From an uncultured cyanobacterium (GTDB taxonomy: Bacteria > Cyanobacteriota > Cyanobacteriia > Cyanobacteriales > Nostocaceae): DNA of 64,000 nt. How positions within the stretch are numbered: the first letter of the stretch is position 1; every line of letters starts with the position of its first letter. The stretch lies in assembly GCA_963706595.1 (NCBI GenBank), contig OY970166.1:3136001-3200000 (forward strand). Direction: 5' to 3'. This document shows, piece after piece, positions 1 to 10,558 of this stretch. The notes under the pieces were generated by a model. The model did no database searches and had not been told where the DNA came from. It saw nothing but the letters and a program-made list of their open reading frames with translations. The position numbers were made by a program, and so were the translations under genes.

Positions 1-1
1 C

Positions 2-172
2 CAAACACCAGCAGCTGTGATTGAAGCCGTAGAAAAATTTGAAATTTATCAAAATGCTTTCAATCCTGAGTATATGCGATCGCACGCTTCCCAGTTCTCA
101 TTGCAAGTTTTTGCTGATCGCTATTTAAAATTTATCGACCAATGCCACAAAGAAAGAACATCTTCAAAATGA
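2..172 (+). CDS. 3' end of a probable glycosyltransferase (partial, runs off the window)
   Basis: Read manually: QTPAAVIEAVEKFEIYQNAFNPEYMRSHASQFSLQVFADRYLKFIDQCHKERTSSK*. This resembles a GT4 C-terminus and lies directly upstream of the sugar transferase. Confidence 0.6.
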   Translation, partial: QTPAAVIEAVEKFEIYQNAFNPEYMRSHASQFSLQVFADRYLKFIDQCHKERTSSK

Positions 173-284
173 ATAGCCAAATTTAATTTCTTATTTTGTG
201 CGCTTTTGGCAATATATCCCCAGAAGCATTTCATTTTGGCTTTAAGATTGGGACTATGTGTGGTGTGGATTATTAAGGAGTACG

Positions 285-1067
285 ATGACTTCTCAAAGCT
301 CGCTCCTCTCCGGTAAGCGATACATACCCTTTACGAATGGCAAAGCCCAACGGCAAGACACTAGAGCGTCTACGCGTACTTTTTTAAGACGCGGCCAAAA
401 AACAAAAACGCCTAAGCTCAAATCCAGAGGTTTGTCTGTTCAGGGTTTAAACGGAGAGTTTGCTAAACGACTGTTTGATATAATTTTTTCCCTGTTGGTA
501 TTGATTTTGTTCTTCCCCCTCTATTTAATTTTGTCCTTGCTGATTGCTTTGAACTCAGAAGGCCCAATTTTTTATATTCAGAAGCGGGTAGGTAAAAACT
601 ACAAAACCTTCAATTGTATTAAATTCCGCACAATGGTGACTAATGCAGACGAGATGCTCATGCAAATAATGGAAACATCGCCCCAGTTGCGCCAAGAATT
701 CGAGAGCAGCTTTAAGCTCAAACAAGATCCCCGAATTACCAACATTGGTCAATTTTTGCGAATGACCAGCTTGGACGAATTTCCTCAATTCTGGAACGTT
801 CTCACAGGAGACATGAGTGTTGTTGGACCCCGCCCCTTAGTAGAGTTAGAACTTCCCAAATATGGTTGTCACATTGACCATATTTTAACTATCCGTCCAG
901 GCATCACTGGATTATGGCAAGTTTCTGGACGCAATGACATTCCTTATCCCCGAAGAGTCCAAATAGACCTGCATTATGTCAAATTTAGGAATTTTTGGCT
1001 TGATTTATGGATAATATTTAAAACAATTAATGTGGTTATTCGTCCTAAAAATAACGGGGCGTACTGA
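285..1067 (+). CDS. Undecaprenyl-phosphate sugar phosphotransferase (RfbP/WcaJ-type priming glycosyltransferase)
   Basis: Motifs KRLFDI, KFRTM, DPRIT, SLDEFPQFWNV-GDMSVVGPRP and RPGITGLWQVSGR. AAGGAG RBS precedes the ATG at 285. Confidence 0.9.
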   Translation: MTSQSSLLSGKRYIPFTNGKAQRQDTRASTRTFLRRGQKTKTPKLKSRGLSVQGLNGEFAKRLFDIIFSLLVLILFFPLYLILSLLIALNSEGPIFYIQKRVGKNYKTFNCIKFRTMVTNADEMLMQIMETSPQLRQEFESSFKLKQDPRITNIGQFLRMTSLDEFPQFWNVLTGDMSVVGPRPLVELELPKYGCHIDHILTIRPGITGLWQVSGRNDIPYPRRVQIDLHYVKFRNFWLDLWIIFKTINVVIRPKNNGAY

Positions 1068-1466
1068 AGAGGCAGTGGGCGGGCTGGCCGTGAGCGTAGC
1101 CGAACGGTACGGGGAGGTTTTGTCCACCCTACCATGCCCCTCATGGCTACGACACGCCAGCTATTGTGGGCGTAGAAACTCAGGAATCTGCCTAGCAGAT
1201 TGATTCAAACTTAATAAAACGAAAACTATATAAACTTTTGGCAAAGATTAAATAAATTATACCACATATTACGTTGCTTTTGAGTTAAACTGCTTAGAGC
1301 TAACTTGTAAAATTAGTATTTAATAAGTATATTTAGTGACGGAAAACCTCTCTTTGTTAGTTGCTAAAACTATGAGGCTTTCCATTAGGCAATCTAGTCT
1401 TTAGCTGCTAGGTTGTATCAATCGATGTGTAATTATTTTATCAAAGGCAACAAAGGATAATTGAGC

Positions 1467-2543
1467 ATGACCGAAAAAAAACGCGCGTTAATTACTGGTA
1501 TTACTGGTCAAGATGGTTCATACCTGAGTGAGTTTTTACTAGAGCAAGGTTATGAGGTGCATGGTATTATTCGCCGGACTTCTACCTTTAATACAGACCG
1601 CATTGATCATATGTATGAAGATCCTCACAAACAGGGAGTGCGGTTGTTTCTTCACTACGGCGATTTGACTGATGGTACAACCTTACGCCGAATTTTAGAA
1701 GAAGTCCAGCCCACAGAAATTTATAACTTGGGCGCTCAATCTCATGTTCGAGTCAGCTTTGACTCACCAGAATACACAGTTGATGCAGTGGGAATGGGAA
1801 CACTGCGTTTACTAGAAGCCATCCGCGACTACCAGCAACGCACAGGAATTCAGGTGCGTTTCTACCAAGCGGGTTCCTCAGAAATGTTTGGTTTAGTGCA
1901 AGCAGTACCCCAAAGCGAAACCACCCCGTTTTATCCCCGCAGTCCCTATGCTTGTGCTAAAGTTTATGCCCACTGGCAAACGGTGAATTACCGTGAGTCG
2001 TATAATTTGTTTGCTTGTAATGGCATCCTATTTAACCACGAATCACCAAGGCGGGGTGAAACCTTTGTGACTCGCAAAATTACTAGAGCCGTGGCGAAAA
2101 TTGTCGCTGGTAAACAGAAGAAAATTTATATGGGTAATCTCGATTCTAAAAGAGATTGGGGTTACGCCAAGGATTACGTAAGAGCTATGTGGCTGATGTT
2201 GCAGCAAGAACAGCCTGAAGACTACGTAATTGCGACTGGTGAAACTTACTCTGTGCGCCAATTTTTGGAAAAGGCCTTTGGTTATGTCAACCTGAAGTGG
2301 GAAGATTATGTGGAGTTTGACGATCGCTATATTCGTCCGGCGGAAGTAGACTTGTTAATTGGTGATCCTACCAAGGCCAAACAAAAGTTAGGTTGGGAAC
2401 CATCAGTGACTTTTGACGAATTGGTAGCTCTGATGGTAGAAGCAGATTTACAGGCGTTGGGTCATACTTCACCCAATGGTAATGGCATAGCTTCTGATGA
2501 TATTGCTACTACTCGTCAAGAACTAGGCGCTCTCCACTTCTGA
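1467..2543 (+). CDS. gmd: GDP-mannose 4,6-dehydratase
   Basis: Motifs [32 protein letters not shown] and [17 protein letters not shown]. Confidence 0.97.
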   Translation: MTEKKRALITGITGQDGSYLSEFLLEQGYEVHGIIRRTSTFNTDRIDHMYEDPHKQGVRLFLHYGDLTDGTTLRRILEEVQPTEIYNLGAQSHVRVSFDSPEYTVDAVGMGTLRLLEAIRDYQQRTGIQVRFYQAGSSEMFGLVQAVPQSETTPFYPRSPYACAKVYAHWQTVNYRESYNLFACNGILFNHESPRRGETFVTRKITRAVAKIVAGKQKKIYMGNLDSKRDWGYAKDYVRAMWLMLQQEQPEDYVIATGETYSVRQFLEKAFGYVNLKWEDYVEFDDRYIRPAEVDLLIGDPTKAKQKLGWEPSVTFDELVALMVEADLQALGHTSPNGNGIASDDIATTRQELGALHF

Positions 2544-2566
2544 TTTATACCGCAAACTATAAAATT

Positions 2567-3511
2567 ATGACCGCCTTAGAACTCAAAAATCAACGGATTC
2601 TCGTGACTGGTGGGGCGGGTTTCCTGGGTCGTCAGGTAATTTCGCAACTGTGTAAAGCTGGGGCTGATAGTGCTAAAATTACAGTCACGCGATCGCGTGA
2701 GCATGATTTACGTGTCATGGAAAATTGCCAGCGTGCAGTTGACCAACAAGACATTATCATTCACTTAGCAGCTCACGTCGGTGGTATTGGTCTAAACCGC
2801 GAAAAACCCGCCGAGTTATTTTACGACAACTTAATCATGGGTACTCAGCTAATTCACGCTGCCCACGCAGCTGGAGTTGCAAAATTTGTTTGTGTGGGTA
2901 CAATTTGTGCCTATCCCAAATTTACACCAGTGCCATTCAAAGAAGATGACCTCTGGAATGGCTACCCCGAAGAAACCAACGCTCCCTACGGAATCGCTAA
3001 GAAAGCGCTTTTAGTGCAATTACAATCTTACCGCCAGCAGTATGGCTTTAATGGCATTTACTTGTTGCCAGTAAATTTATACGGACCTGAAGATAACTTT
3101 GACACCAGCAGTTCCCACGTCATTCCCGCGTTAATTCGCAAAGTCCATGAAGCCCAAATCAAGGGAGAAAAACAACTTCCGGTTTGGGGTGATGGTAGTC
3201 CTACCCGTGAGTTTCTCTATTCCGAAGATGCGGCGCGGGGAATTGTCATGGGTACTACTTCCTATAATGACTCTGAACCAGTTAATTTGGGAACGGGTGA
3301 AGAAATCACTATCCGCGATTTAATTACTCTCATCTGCGAATTGATGGAGTTTGATGGTGAAATTGTTTGGCAAACAAATCAGCCAAATGGTCAACCCAGG
3401 CGCTGTTTGGATACTGAACGGGCTAAGGAAGCTTTTGATTTCACGGCTCAGGTCAGTTTTAGGCAAGGGCTAAGGAATACGATTGATTGGTATCGCCAAA
3501 ACGCTGCATAG
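2567..3511 (+). CDS. fcl: GDP-L-fucose synthase
   Basis: Extended SDR with [34 protein letters not shown] and [10 protein letters not shown]. Follows gmd. Confidence 0.92.
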   Translation: MTALELKNQRILVTGGAGFLGRQVISQLCKAGADSAKITVTRSREHDLRVMENCQRAVDQQDIIIHLAAHVGGIGLNREKPAELFYDNLIMGTQLIHAAHAAGVAKFVCVGTICAYPKFTPVPFKEDDLWNGYPEETNAPYGIAKKALLVQLQSYRQQYGFNGIYLLPVNLYGPEDNFDTSSSHVIPALIRKVHEAQIKGEKQLPVWGDGSPTREFLYSEDAARGIVMGTTSYNDSEPVNLGTGEEITIRDLITLICELMEFDGEIVWQTNQPNGQPRRCLDTERAKEAFDFTAQVSFRQGLRNTIDWYRQNAA

Positions 3512-3520
3512 TTACTGTGG

Positions 3521-3546
3521 GGTGGGCGATGCCCACCTTTTTTTTT
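3521..3546 (+). terminator. Rho-independent terminator after fcl
   Basis: GGTGGGC-GAT-GCCCACC stem-loop followed by a T9 run. Confidence 0.75.
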
Positions 3547-3596
3547 AACGCAGAGGAGCGCTAAGGTAAGCGCAGAGGTACGCGGAGGTTTTTTGC

Positions 3597-4136
3597 ATGG
3601 GGAAGGTTGATTTACGTCGGAGTCTTATACTTAAACGGCAATCTATGTCTGTGGATGAATGGAGGGAAAGGAGCGATCGCATCTGTAGCCAGTTGCAAGG
3701 TTATACTCTATTTACTCAGGCTAAAACAATTCTCGCTTATTTCAGTTTTCGTCAAGAACCAGACTTGAGTCCATTGTTTACAAATACTAACTATAATTGG
3801 GGTTTTCCACGCTGCGTTGGTCAGTCTCTGCATTGGCATCTCTGGAAACCTGAAGATTCTGTTCAAGTCGGTGCTTATGGTATTACTGAACCTGATTTTT
3901 ATGCCCCGACTGTAGACCCTGCTGATGTTGATTTGATTCTCGTTCCCTGTGTGGCTTGCGACTATCAGGGATATCGTCTGGGTTATGGCGGTGGATATTA
4001 TGACCGTTTACTCAGTTCACCCCATTGGGCAAATAAGCCCACTATCGGCATTGTCTTTGATTTTGCGTATTTACCCCAAATACCTCTGGAACCTTGGGAT
4101 AAACCATTACAAGTTGTGATTACTGAAAACCATTGA
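3597..4136 (+). CDS. 5-formyltetrahydrofolate cyclo-ligase
   Basis: Signature DLILVPCVACD..GYRLGYGGGYYDRLL. Confidence 0.92.
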   Translation: MGKVDLRRSLILKRQSMSVDEWRERSDRICSQLQGYTLFTQAKTILAYFSFRQEPDLSPLFTNTNYNWGFPRCVGQSLHWHLWKPEDSVQVGAYGITEPDFYAPTVDPADVDLILVPCVACDYQGYRLGYGGGYYDRLLSSPHWANKPTIGIVFDFAYLPQIPLEPWDKPLQVVITENH

Positions 4137-4155
4137 ATTTCAACTAATTGTTATT

Positions 4156-4989
4156 TTGAAAACCTCTAATTCCCGACTAAAAACTATTTTAATCTATGGG
4201 TTATTAGGCGCGATCGCACTGGTGACACTTTTTCCTTTGCTTTGGCTGATTAGTACAGCTTTGAAGTCTCCCACAGAAAACATTTTACAGTCGCCGCCGC
4301 AGTTGTTACCCAGTCAACCAACATTAAATAACTTCTTTAGTGTCTGGCGATCGCTACCTTTTACACAATACCTCTACAACAGTACCTTAGTAGCAGTCCT
4401 GACAGTGGGTTTGAATCTACTGTTTTGTTCTTTAGCCGCTTATCCCTTAGCCAGACTGTCATTTCTGGGAAGAAACGCCATTTTTATTGCCATCGTCTCA
4501 ACCATCATGATTCCCTTTCAAATCGTGATGATTCCCCTGTATATTTTAACAGTTCAACTAGGTTTAAGAAATAGTTATTTAGGCATAATTTTTCCCAGTT
4601 TAGCATCAGCTTTTGGGATTTTTTTACTGCGACAAGCGTTTATGGGTGTCCCCAAAGAATTAGAAGAAGCCGCCCGCATGGATGGGAGTTCAGAATTAGG
4701 CTTATGGTGGCATATTATGTTGCCAGCAGTTCGTCCAGCATTAGTTACCCTGTCTATTTTCGTATTCATCGGTTCTTGGAGCGACTTTCTGTGGCCGTTA
4801 ATTGTCATCCAAGATGAAAGCTTATATACCCTACCTTTAGGAGTAGCGAAGTTAGCCGGGACATTTTCTTTAGACTGGCGATTAGTAGCGGCTGGTTCCA
4901 TCATTTCTATTGCCCCAGTCCTGCTATTATTCTTATTTGTCCAACGTTATATTGTACCCACAGAAACAGGTAGTGGTGTCAAGGGGTAA
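4156..4989 (+). CDS. Carbohydrate ABC transporter permease (MalG-like)
   Basis: Multiple TM segments, EAA loop ELEEAARMDGSS, and WSDFLWPL. Confidence 0.92.
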   Translation: MKTSNSRLKTILIYGLLGAIALVTLFPLLWLISTALKSPTENILQSPPQLLPSQPTLNNFFSVWRSLPFTQYLYNSTLVAVLTVGLNLLFCSLAAYPLARLSFLGRNAIFIAIVSTIMIPFQIVMIPLYILTVQLGLRNSYLGIIFPSLASAFGIFLLRQAFMGVPKELEEAARMDGSSELGLWWHIMLPAVRPALVTLSIFVFIGSWSDFLWPLIVIQDESLYTLPLGVAKLAGTFSLDWRLVAAGSIISIAPVLLLFLFVQRYIVPTETGSGVKG

Positions 4990-5161
4990 ATAGTTTCTTC
5001 GTAGTAATTCATTTGCCAAACAGATTATTAAACATCTTGATTTATCGGCGGTTAATTATTCTGATCTGAACCGTATTTATAGCACTTATCAGTTAAGTGA
5101 GATACAAGTCTTATCAAGTTGCCTCATCACGTTTTGATCCCCCCTAGCCCCCCTTGAGAAG

Positions 5162-5356
5162 CAGGGCTGTTTCGTTCCCTAAAAGGGTTAAAATTGCAAG
5201 GGTCAAAGAGATAAAAATTGAGTGCAAATCCACAATTAGGACAAAAAATTTTGGTGTCTTCAGACCGAAATACCTGATTTTTCTTTGCGTCTTTGCGCCT
5301 TTGCGTGAGATTATCCTCTTGACAAATCTCCAACACAAGCGAATGAATCAGCCCTG
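5162..5356. mobile_element. MITE (195 bp) with CAGGGCTG terminal inverted repeats and a 10-bp target duplication
   Basis: Ends CAGGGCTGTTTCGTTC and GAATGAATCAGCCCTG match at 14/16. CCTTGAGAAG is duplicated at 5152-5161 and 5357-5366. Confidence 0.85.
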
Positions 5357-5454
5357 CCTTGAGAAGGGGGGAAATTTTCTTAAAGTCCCCCTTTTTCTAC
5401 GCCGAAGGCGCATCCCCGAAGGGGTTTAGGGGGATTTAGGGGGATTCAGATCAC

Positions 5455-8400
5455 TTAAGAAGTCACTTCCAAAGCCAAATTCACCGTGTAAGGCTCATCC
5501 ATTGGCTGCTGAGTACTGGCTTGGATAGCATCAAGATAACGGCGCAAAACTAGAATTTGTGGGAAATTGGGACGATAATTGAGATTTCCTTGCTTAACAA
5601 ACAGTGGTGCAGATGCGATCGCCTGGTAGTCAGAATTCTGCTGAGAACTGCTGGTAAGCCAAGTAGAATCAGGGGTTGCAGGTATTAAGCCCGGAGGTAA
5701 CTCACCTGACAAAAAGGCTAATAAGCGTTGCTGACAAATACTCGTATTAATCCCAAAATCCTCAAATAGCAGGAGAATTTCGCTAAAAGATAAAGTTCTA
5801 TCTGGCAACAGCCGCAGCAACTGCATAAACAGGAAATAGTCGGTGTACTGTTGCTGGGGTTGATCTAAAACCTGGGGATGCAAAGGTAACATCGCCAAAC
5901 CTAATGCTACCCGACTGCAAAGGGGCGCGCCGTTTTCACCAAGATAAAAATCTTGAATAATTTTGGTGTTCGGCAGTTTTTGCTGTAACCAATTATTCAC
6001 AAGTCCTAAAGAAGCTACCCCACCAGTTAAAATAGCTTGATTAATTGCTTCCGTGGGTATACCACGAGCTAGTAATAACTTATTAAATTCTCGGTTCAAG
6101 CGGCGCACAAAGGGGATAAACACATGGTTTTCTAAATCTCGTCGTTGTAATACCCATCGCTGATCTGCTAATTCCAAAGTAAAGGAATCTTGATTTTGCA
6201 AAATCAGTTTCAAGGCCATCGCTGCATTTAGCACCGCCTGTCCTAACAAAGAACTTTCTAACCTCTGCTGGAGACGAATCCGAGCCGTCAGATCCGGTTC
6301 CCCTACTTGTGGTAAGTCTAATTCTTCCAATCCCAAACTTTGCCAATGCATTTGATCTAAACCTGGAAAAGCAGGTTGCCATTGCCAAAGATTGTTGGTA
6401 ATTGTTGTACTGTCTCCTGCGTTTTCCCAGCGCGGTTGCCGATATTTTGAGGGAAACAGCAACTGGCAGATAATATCTTGCTCAATTCCGTTACTAGCAT
6501 AGGCAAAACTATGGAGCATAAAATCATGGTGCGCCAATTGTTGCAGCTGCTCTGGTAAATCTACCAGTGCCATTTCGGTAGTAGTTGCCCCAATATTAAT
6601 CACAAAAGTGTTACCAACCACAGCATCATCGCTTGGTTTAGCTGGATGTAAACCTTGGGCATCGCTGATTTGCACTGTTTCACCATTAGCGCTATCGAGT
6701 ATAGTTAGGAGACTAGCGATCGCTTCCTCCACAAAAAATACTTGCTGTGGATGTGGGACTAATTTGCTAGTCAGTATAGCTTCGCGCACATTAAAGCGAT
6801 ATTGTTCTGACCAGCTAGATGGACAGCTGCAAATTACACCAGCAATATGATTAATAATGGCATGGAAAGTTTCTTCATCTAAACCCACAGCCGTCGCGAT
6901 TAAACCTTGGGTTGTACTCCGGCGATCTGCTTTCAAAGTCAATAGTAATTTAGAGAGCGATCGCACAACCCAAATCAAAGGTCCCGCAGAAAATTTATTA
7001 AACTGTAATACAGGTTGCCATTTTTGTTGTTCATTCTGATACGGGATAGCTACCTGCAAATAAGGCTTCAACTTTACTGAATAACAATTATTCTGCCAAT
7101 TTTCTGCCGCCTGGACCTCTATTTTTTCAGTCTCTCCTTGCGGTACAGAAGCCGTCGGCAGATAAACCTCCGCCGGCAAACGAAACGATTGCTGAAAACA
7201 AGCAACTCCCTGTTGGTTTTCTGATGACCAGCAGATAGGATAAACAACAGCAGTAGAACGATTCAACAAAGCCGCAGAAATTCCAGTTGTACCCACATCA
7301 ATGCCTAGATACCAAACTGAATCCAGAACATTGCGGGAAGCATCTCTATTATTTACAGACTCTATTTTCTCATTTGTCGGACTAAAATCTAAGTCAGCTT
7401 CTGTTTGCGGCCAAGATATTGGGTTAACCTGGAATAAATCCACACCAGAATCAGCAAAATTTGGCGGATCAAAATCAGTCAACATTTCCTGGTCTATACC
7501 ATCTTCAAAAGCATAAAAAATATCTAAATTCAAATCAGGCTTCAGCATTTCATCAAAGTTGGCTAAATCCTCATTTAACTGTTGAATCTGCTCTTCATCT
7601 AGAATAATATCCGGCAGATTTACAGATTGGCTCTCCTCTGGTGAAAGCAAATTTTCTTGTAGCGAAGCCGGAATATAGTTATTTAAATCCCCCTCTTCCT
7701 CACCATCAGCCACGACTGACGACTGCTGACTATTGGTGATTACTCCTGCTGTTTCCAAACTAGAAGAGACATCCAACGGCTGCGCTTCAACATCTAAATC
7801 AGCAAATAAGTCACTCAGCGCTGTAATTGTATCAGCACTGCTGGGCTGCAAAGGAACACTATTAGTTAATGCAACTGCTGATTCCGAAAACCCAGAAAGA
7901 CTTAAGGATTTATCTGCATTCTGATCTTCGTCAAAAAACAATTCTTGCCATGAGTCTGATTCCGTATTTGCTTCCTCAAACCCAGGATTGAAAATCTGTT
8001 GTTCTGGTTGAATTAGAGGTGTGGGTGTAGACTCTGCAATGTGATCTGTTAAAATCGCCTCTGATTCTAAAGGATGAATTGAAGATGCAAGTATAGTCTC
8101 AGGAATATTCTCATCCTGTGGAATCGTCTCTGATTCTAAGGGAGAAGTGAAAGATGCAAGTATAGTCTCAGGAATATTCTCATCCTGTGGAATCGCCTCT
8201 GATTCTAAGGAAGAAGTGAAAGATGCAGGTATAGTCTCAGGAATATTCGACAATGATAAATCTTCTACATCAAGGCTGAGATTAGTAAAATCAACAGTCC
8301 CCAATAAACTAGCATAAAGTTGATCTACTTCATCACCAATGAATTCCAAAGCATCCTGCTGTGCTGCACTTGCTCTATTACTAGATGTTCCAGAATCATC

Positions 8401-9516
8401 TACACCAAGTTCCAAAAGCATCGCATCCAAATCATCTGTAAAAAATTCATCTTCATTGACATTTAATGACGAAGAAGATGAAATTTCTGGAGCTATAAAT
8501 TCCCACGCCCGACTGGTTTTATCCATGAGCGGATTTGCTTGTATTGCTTCTGGCTCAATAGTATTTGCCTGCGTTGGTAATGATGGTAATGCAGATAAAG
8601 GTTCATTTTTTTCTAACTCTGGAAAAGATAACAAAGTAGTAGGGGCTTCTTGCTGCAAGTGCTGCGTTAAATTATTCAGAAAGTTCGCCATTAACTGCTC
8701 GCCCTGCACACCCGTACTGTGCATTCTCGCCAACCCTTGGCATAAAGACTCGTGATAGGTATTGATATTGCGCTGTAGTGCCTCAAAGACAAAATTCACA
8801 GTCCCATCTAGGGATAATAGACGTTTATCCAGTTCCTTGGTCAAATGTGTTAACCTCTGCGCCTGTTCTGATGATTCTAAGAAAGATTGCGTCGCAGAGG
8901 ATATAACTTCTTTGTTCTCATTATTCGTACTGGCAGAACTGGAATAATGGGCGACACTTTCCGCTATCTGTGGCACTAAATTAGAAGCAATGCGGCTCAT
9001 AAGTAACTGCAAAAATTCGGAAATCATCTGCTCCTGATTAGCCCACTGCTGACTTAAAGAGGAGTTGTGCTGTTTCCTTTGCTCTAGCTGCCTAATTTCC
9101 TGTAAAAGAGTCGCACGCTCTTGCATCATTGCTGCTAATTCTGCTTGCAACGGCTGGATTAATGTCGATAATTCGCTTTTTAATTGCTGAGATAGTAAAT
9201 CACTTCGTTCGGTGGTCAGTTGGTTCTGCCCTGCTGATAGCTCCCGTGGCGTAGCTCCCGATTGGATATTACCTTGACTGACATATTTTTCCAACAAAGG
9301 CGACCTTTGCGTATCTCCAGTCCCCTTATTTTGGTTTTGACTATTTAAAATCTCACTTTCTCTTTGCTGGGAGAGGAAGTTACGAATTTTTTCTAACACT
9401 TCTCTGGCTTCCGGTGTCTGATTAGACAGAAGCCTAGACAGCCGCTTACCACTACTGTTAAGTAAGTTATCAATGTCTGCAATCAATTTTTGGATTTCAT
9501 CTGCGCGGGAAGTCAC
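5455..9516 (-). CDS. Large protein: N-terminal coiled coil, long acidic linker, C-terminal Hsp70/actin-like ATPase fold
   Basis: 1353-aa ORF with motifs YLGIDVGTT, FVEEAIASL, INIGATTTEMAL, ILTGGVASL and RVALGLA in canonical actin-fold order. Confidence 0.75.
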   Translation of the reverse strand: MTSRADEIQKLIADIDNLLNSSGKRLSRLLSNQTPEAREVLEKIRNFLSQQRESEILNSQNQNKGTGDTQRSPLLEKYVSQGNIQSGATPRELSAGQNQLTTERSDLLSQQLKSELSTLIQPLQAELAAMMQERATLLQEIRQLEQRKQHNSSLSQQWANQEQMISEFLQLLMSRIASNLVPQIAESVAHYSSSASTNNENKEVISSATQSFLESSEQAQRLTHLTKELDKRLLSLDGTVNFVFEALQRNINTYHESLCQGLARMHSTGVQGEQLMANFLNNLTQHLQQEAPTTLLSFPELEKNEPLSALPSLPTQANTIEPEAIQANPLMDKTSRAWEFIAPEISSSSSLNVNEDEFFTDDLDAMLLELGVDDSGTSSNRASAAQQDALEFIGDEVDQLYASLLGTVDFTNLSLDVEDLSLSNIPETIPASFTSSLESEAIPQDENIPETILASFTSPLESETIPQDENIPETILASSIHPLESEAILTDHIAESTPTPLIQPEQQIFNPGFEEANTESDSWQELFFDEDQNADKSLSLSGFSESAVALTNSVPLQPSSADTITALSDLFADLDVEAQPLDVSSSLETAGVITNSQQSSVVADGEEEGDLNNYIPASLQENLLSPEESQSVNLPDIILDEEQIQQLNEDLANFDEMLKPDLNLDIFYAFEDGIDQEMLTDFDPPNFADSGVDLFQVNPISWPQTEADLDFSPTNEKIESVNNRDASRNVLDSVWYLGIDVGTTGISAALLNRSTAVVYPICWSSENQQGVACFQQSFRLPAEVYLPTASVPQGETEKIEVQAAENWQNNCYSVKLKPYLQVAIPYQNEQQKWQPVLQFNKFSAGPLIWVVRSLSKLLLTLKADRRSTTQGLIATAVGLDEETFHAIINHIAGVICSCPSSWSEQYRFNVREAILTSKLVPHPQQVFFVEEAIASLLTILDSANGETVQISDAQGLHPAKPSDDAVVGNTFVINIGATTTEMALVDLPEQLQQLAHHDFMLHSFAYASNGIEQDIICQLLFPSKYRQPRWENAGDSTTITNNLWQWQPAFPGLDQMHWQSLGLEELDLPQVGEPDLTARIRLQQRLESSLLGQAVLNAAMALKLILQNQDSFTLELADQRWVLQRRDLENHVFIPFVRRLNREFNKLLLARGIPTEAINQAILTGGVASLGLVNNWLQQKLPNTKIIQDFYLGENGAPLCSRVALGLAMLPLHPQVLDQPQQQYTDYFLFMQLLRLLPDRTLSFSEILLLFEDFGINTSICQQRLLAFLSGELPPGLIPATPDSTWLTSSSQQNSDYQAIASAPLFVKQGNLNYRPNFPQILVLRRYLDAIQASTQQPMDEPYTVNLALEVTS
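8053..8248. repeat. In-frame 69-bp tandem repeat (~2.8 copies) in the large ORF
   Basis: Encodes NIPETI(P/L)AS..S.LESE.IPQDE three times. Confidence 0.9.
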
Positions 9517-9764
9517 TTTAAATTACCTTAGCTAGAAATGTACTTTAACTTTTATGAAAATTAAGGTGGGAACCCTTGAGACTCCTCACTGGAATTATGT
9601 TAGGGATTACTAAGAGGCTTGTAGCTCATCAATCAACACCCGTTTGAGAAGATTAACTTGATGGCTATTTAAAATCTAAATTACAAAAGGTATTACGAAT
9701 TTATTTCTATACAAATTTTTTTACCCTCTCACATACACGCAATGTTACAGCTTCTCGGACGTGT

Positions 9765-9914
9765 CTAGTACAGCATGGCATAAATAAACCACCCATTCCA
9801 AATCAATGAAACGCTTGTGGTCTCCGAATTACGACTTACTTACGTAAAGCCCTGGAGGGCATAGCCTGCCGTCGGCTGCTATGAAGAACGAAGAATTCCG
9901 CCTAGCGGTACTAG
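9765..9914. mobile_element. MITE-like element CTAGTAC(A)GC...GCGGTACTAG, copy 1
   Basis: Has inverted ends and shares AAATAAACC.ACCATTCCAA.TCAATGAAA with 13162-13265. Confidence 0.7.
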
Positions 9915-10558
9915 TGATTGAAAACATCCATTCAAAAAATGCTACATCTTTACACCTACATGAGTAATTAATGTAGCTAACCGATGGCTGAATGGCAAGG
10001 GGGCATTTTTAACTTGAGTTCTGCTCTAGGTAAATAGCTGAAAATCTTAAATTAGCAAAAATTAACTAAGTTGAGTATCATTGGTATTGTTTGATGATGT
10101 TTTATGGTCAAAGAAGAGGAAAAGGGGCAGGGTGCGGGGGGCAGGGGAGAACCCCATAAATAAATTTAAGGGCTTGAAATAAGGACAAATTATAATTTTT
10201 TTCTAATGTTCTCAATAAATTTAGTTGTTCTGTTCCCTGTTGGCAGGGAAAATCCTGAATCCTTCCCCCTTGCCCCCTGCTCCCCTGCCTCTTTTGGTCA
10301 ATAAACCATAACCTAATTCCTGGCTGTCTTTATACATGACTACTGATTTTGGGTAGCTTTTCCGGCACTATACTGACCAACATATTCCCTTTCTGGACAA
10401 GTTGAGGCTGAGATTTCCAGGATGAAACAGGAAGTAAACGCCACAACTTTGGGTAAGTTTTATGTAATGCTGGTGGTTCGATAGCTTAAGCTGAATAGAA
10501 CACCTTGTTTTTTTACATATTACATATTACATATCACAGCTTTAATAAATATGCCGTA

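Noticed and set aside
5127..5429. Three short overlapping ORFs (similarly 15893-16156, 17420-17705 and 27476-27694)
   Set aside because: They coincide with MITE sequence and show no transposase or other recognisable motif.
9581..9589. ACTCCTCAC as a second Yfr1-like RNA
   Set aside because: Only 9 of 11 motif bases match, and the flanking hairpins and terminator are absent.
10320..10558. Riboswitch or CRP site upstream of crp-DUF2232-cobT
   Set aside because: I recognised no B12-box-like motif or TGTGA-N6-TCACA by eye, only a short (TTACATA)3 repeat. An Rfam scan would settle it.
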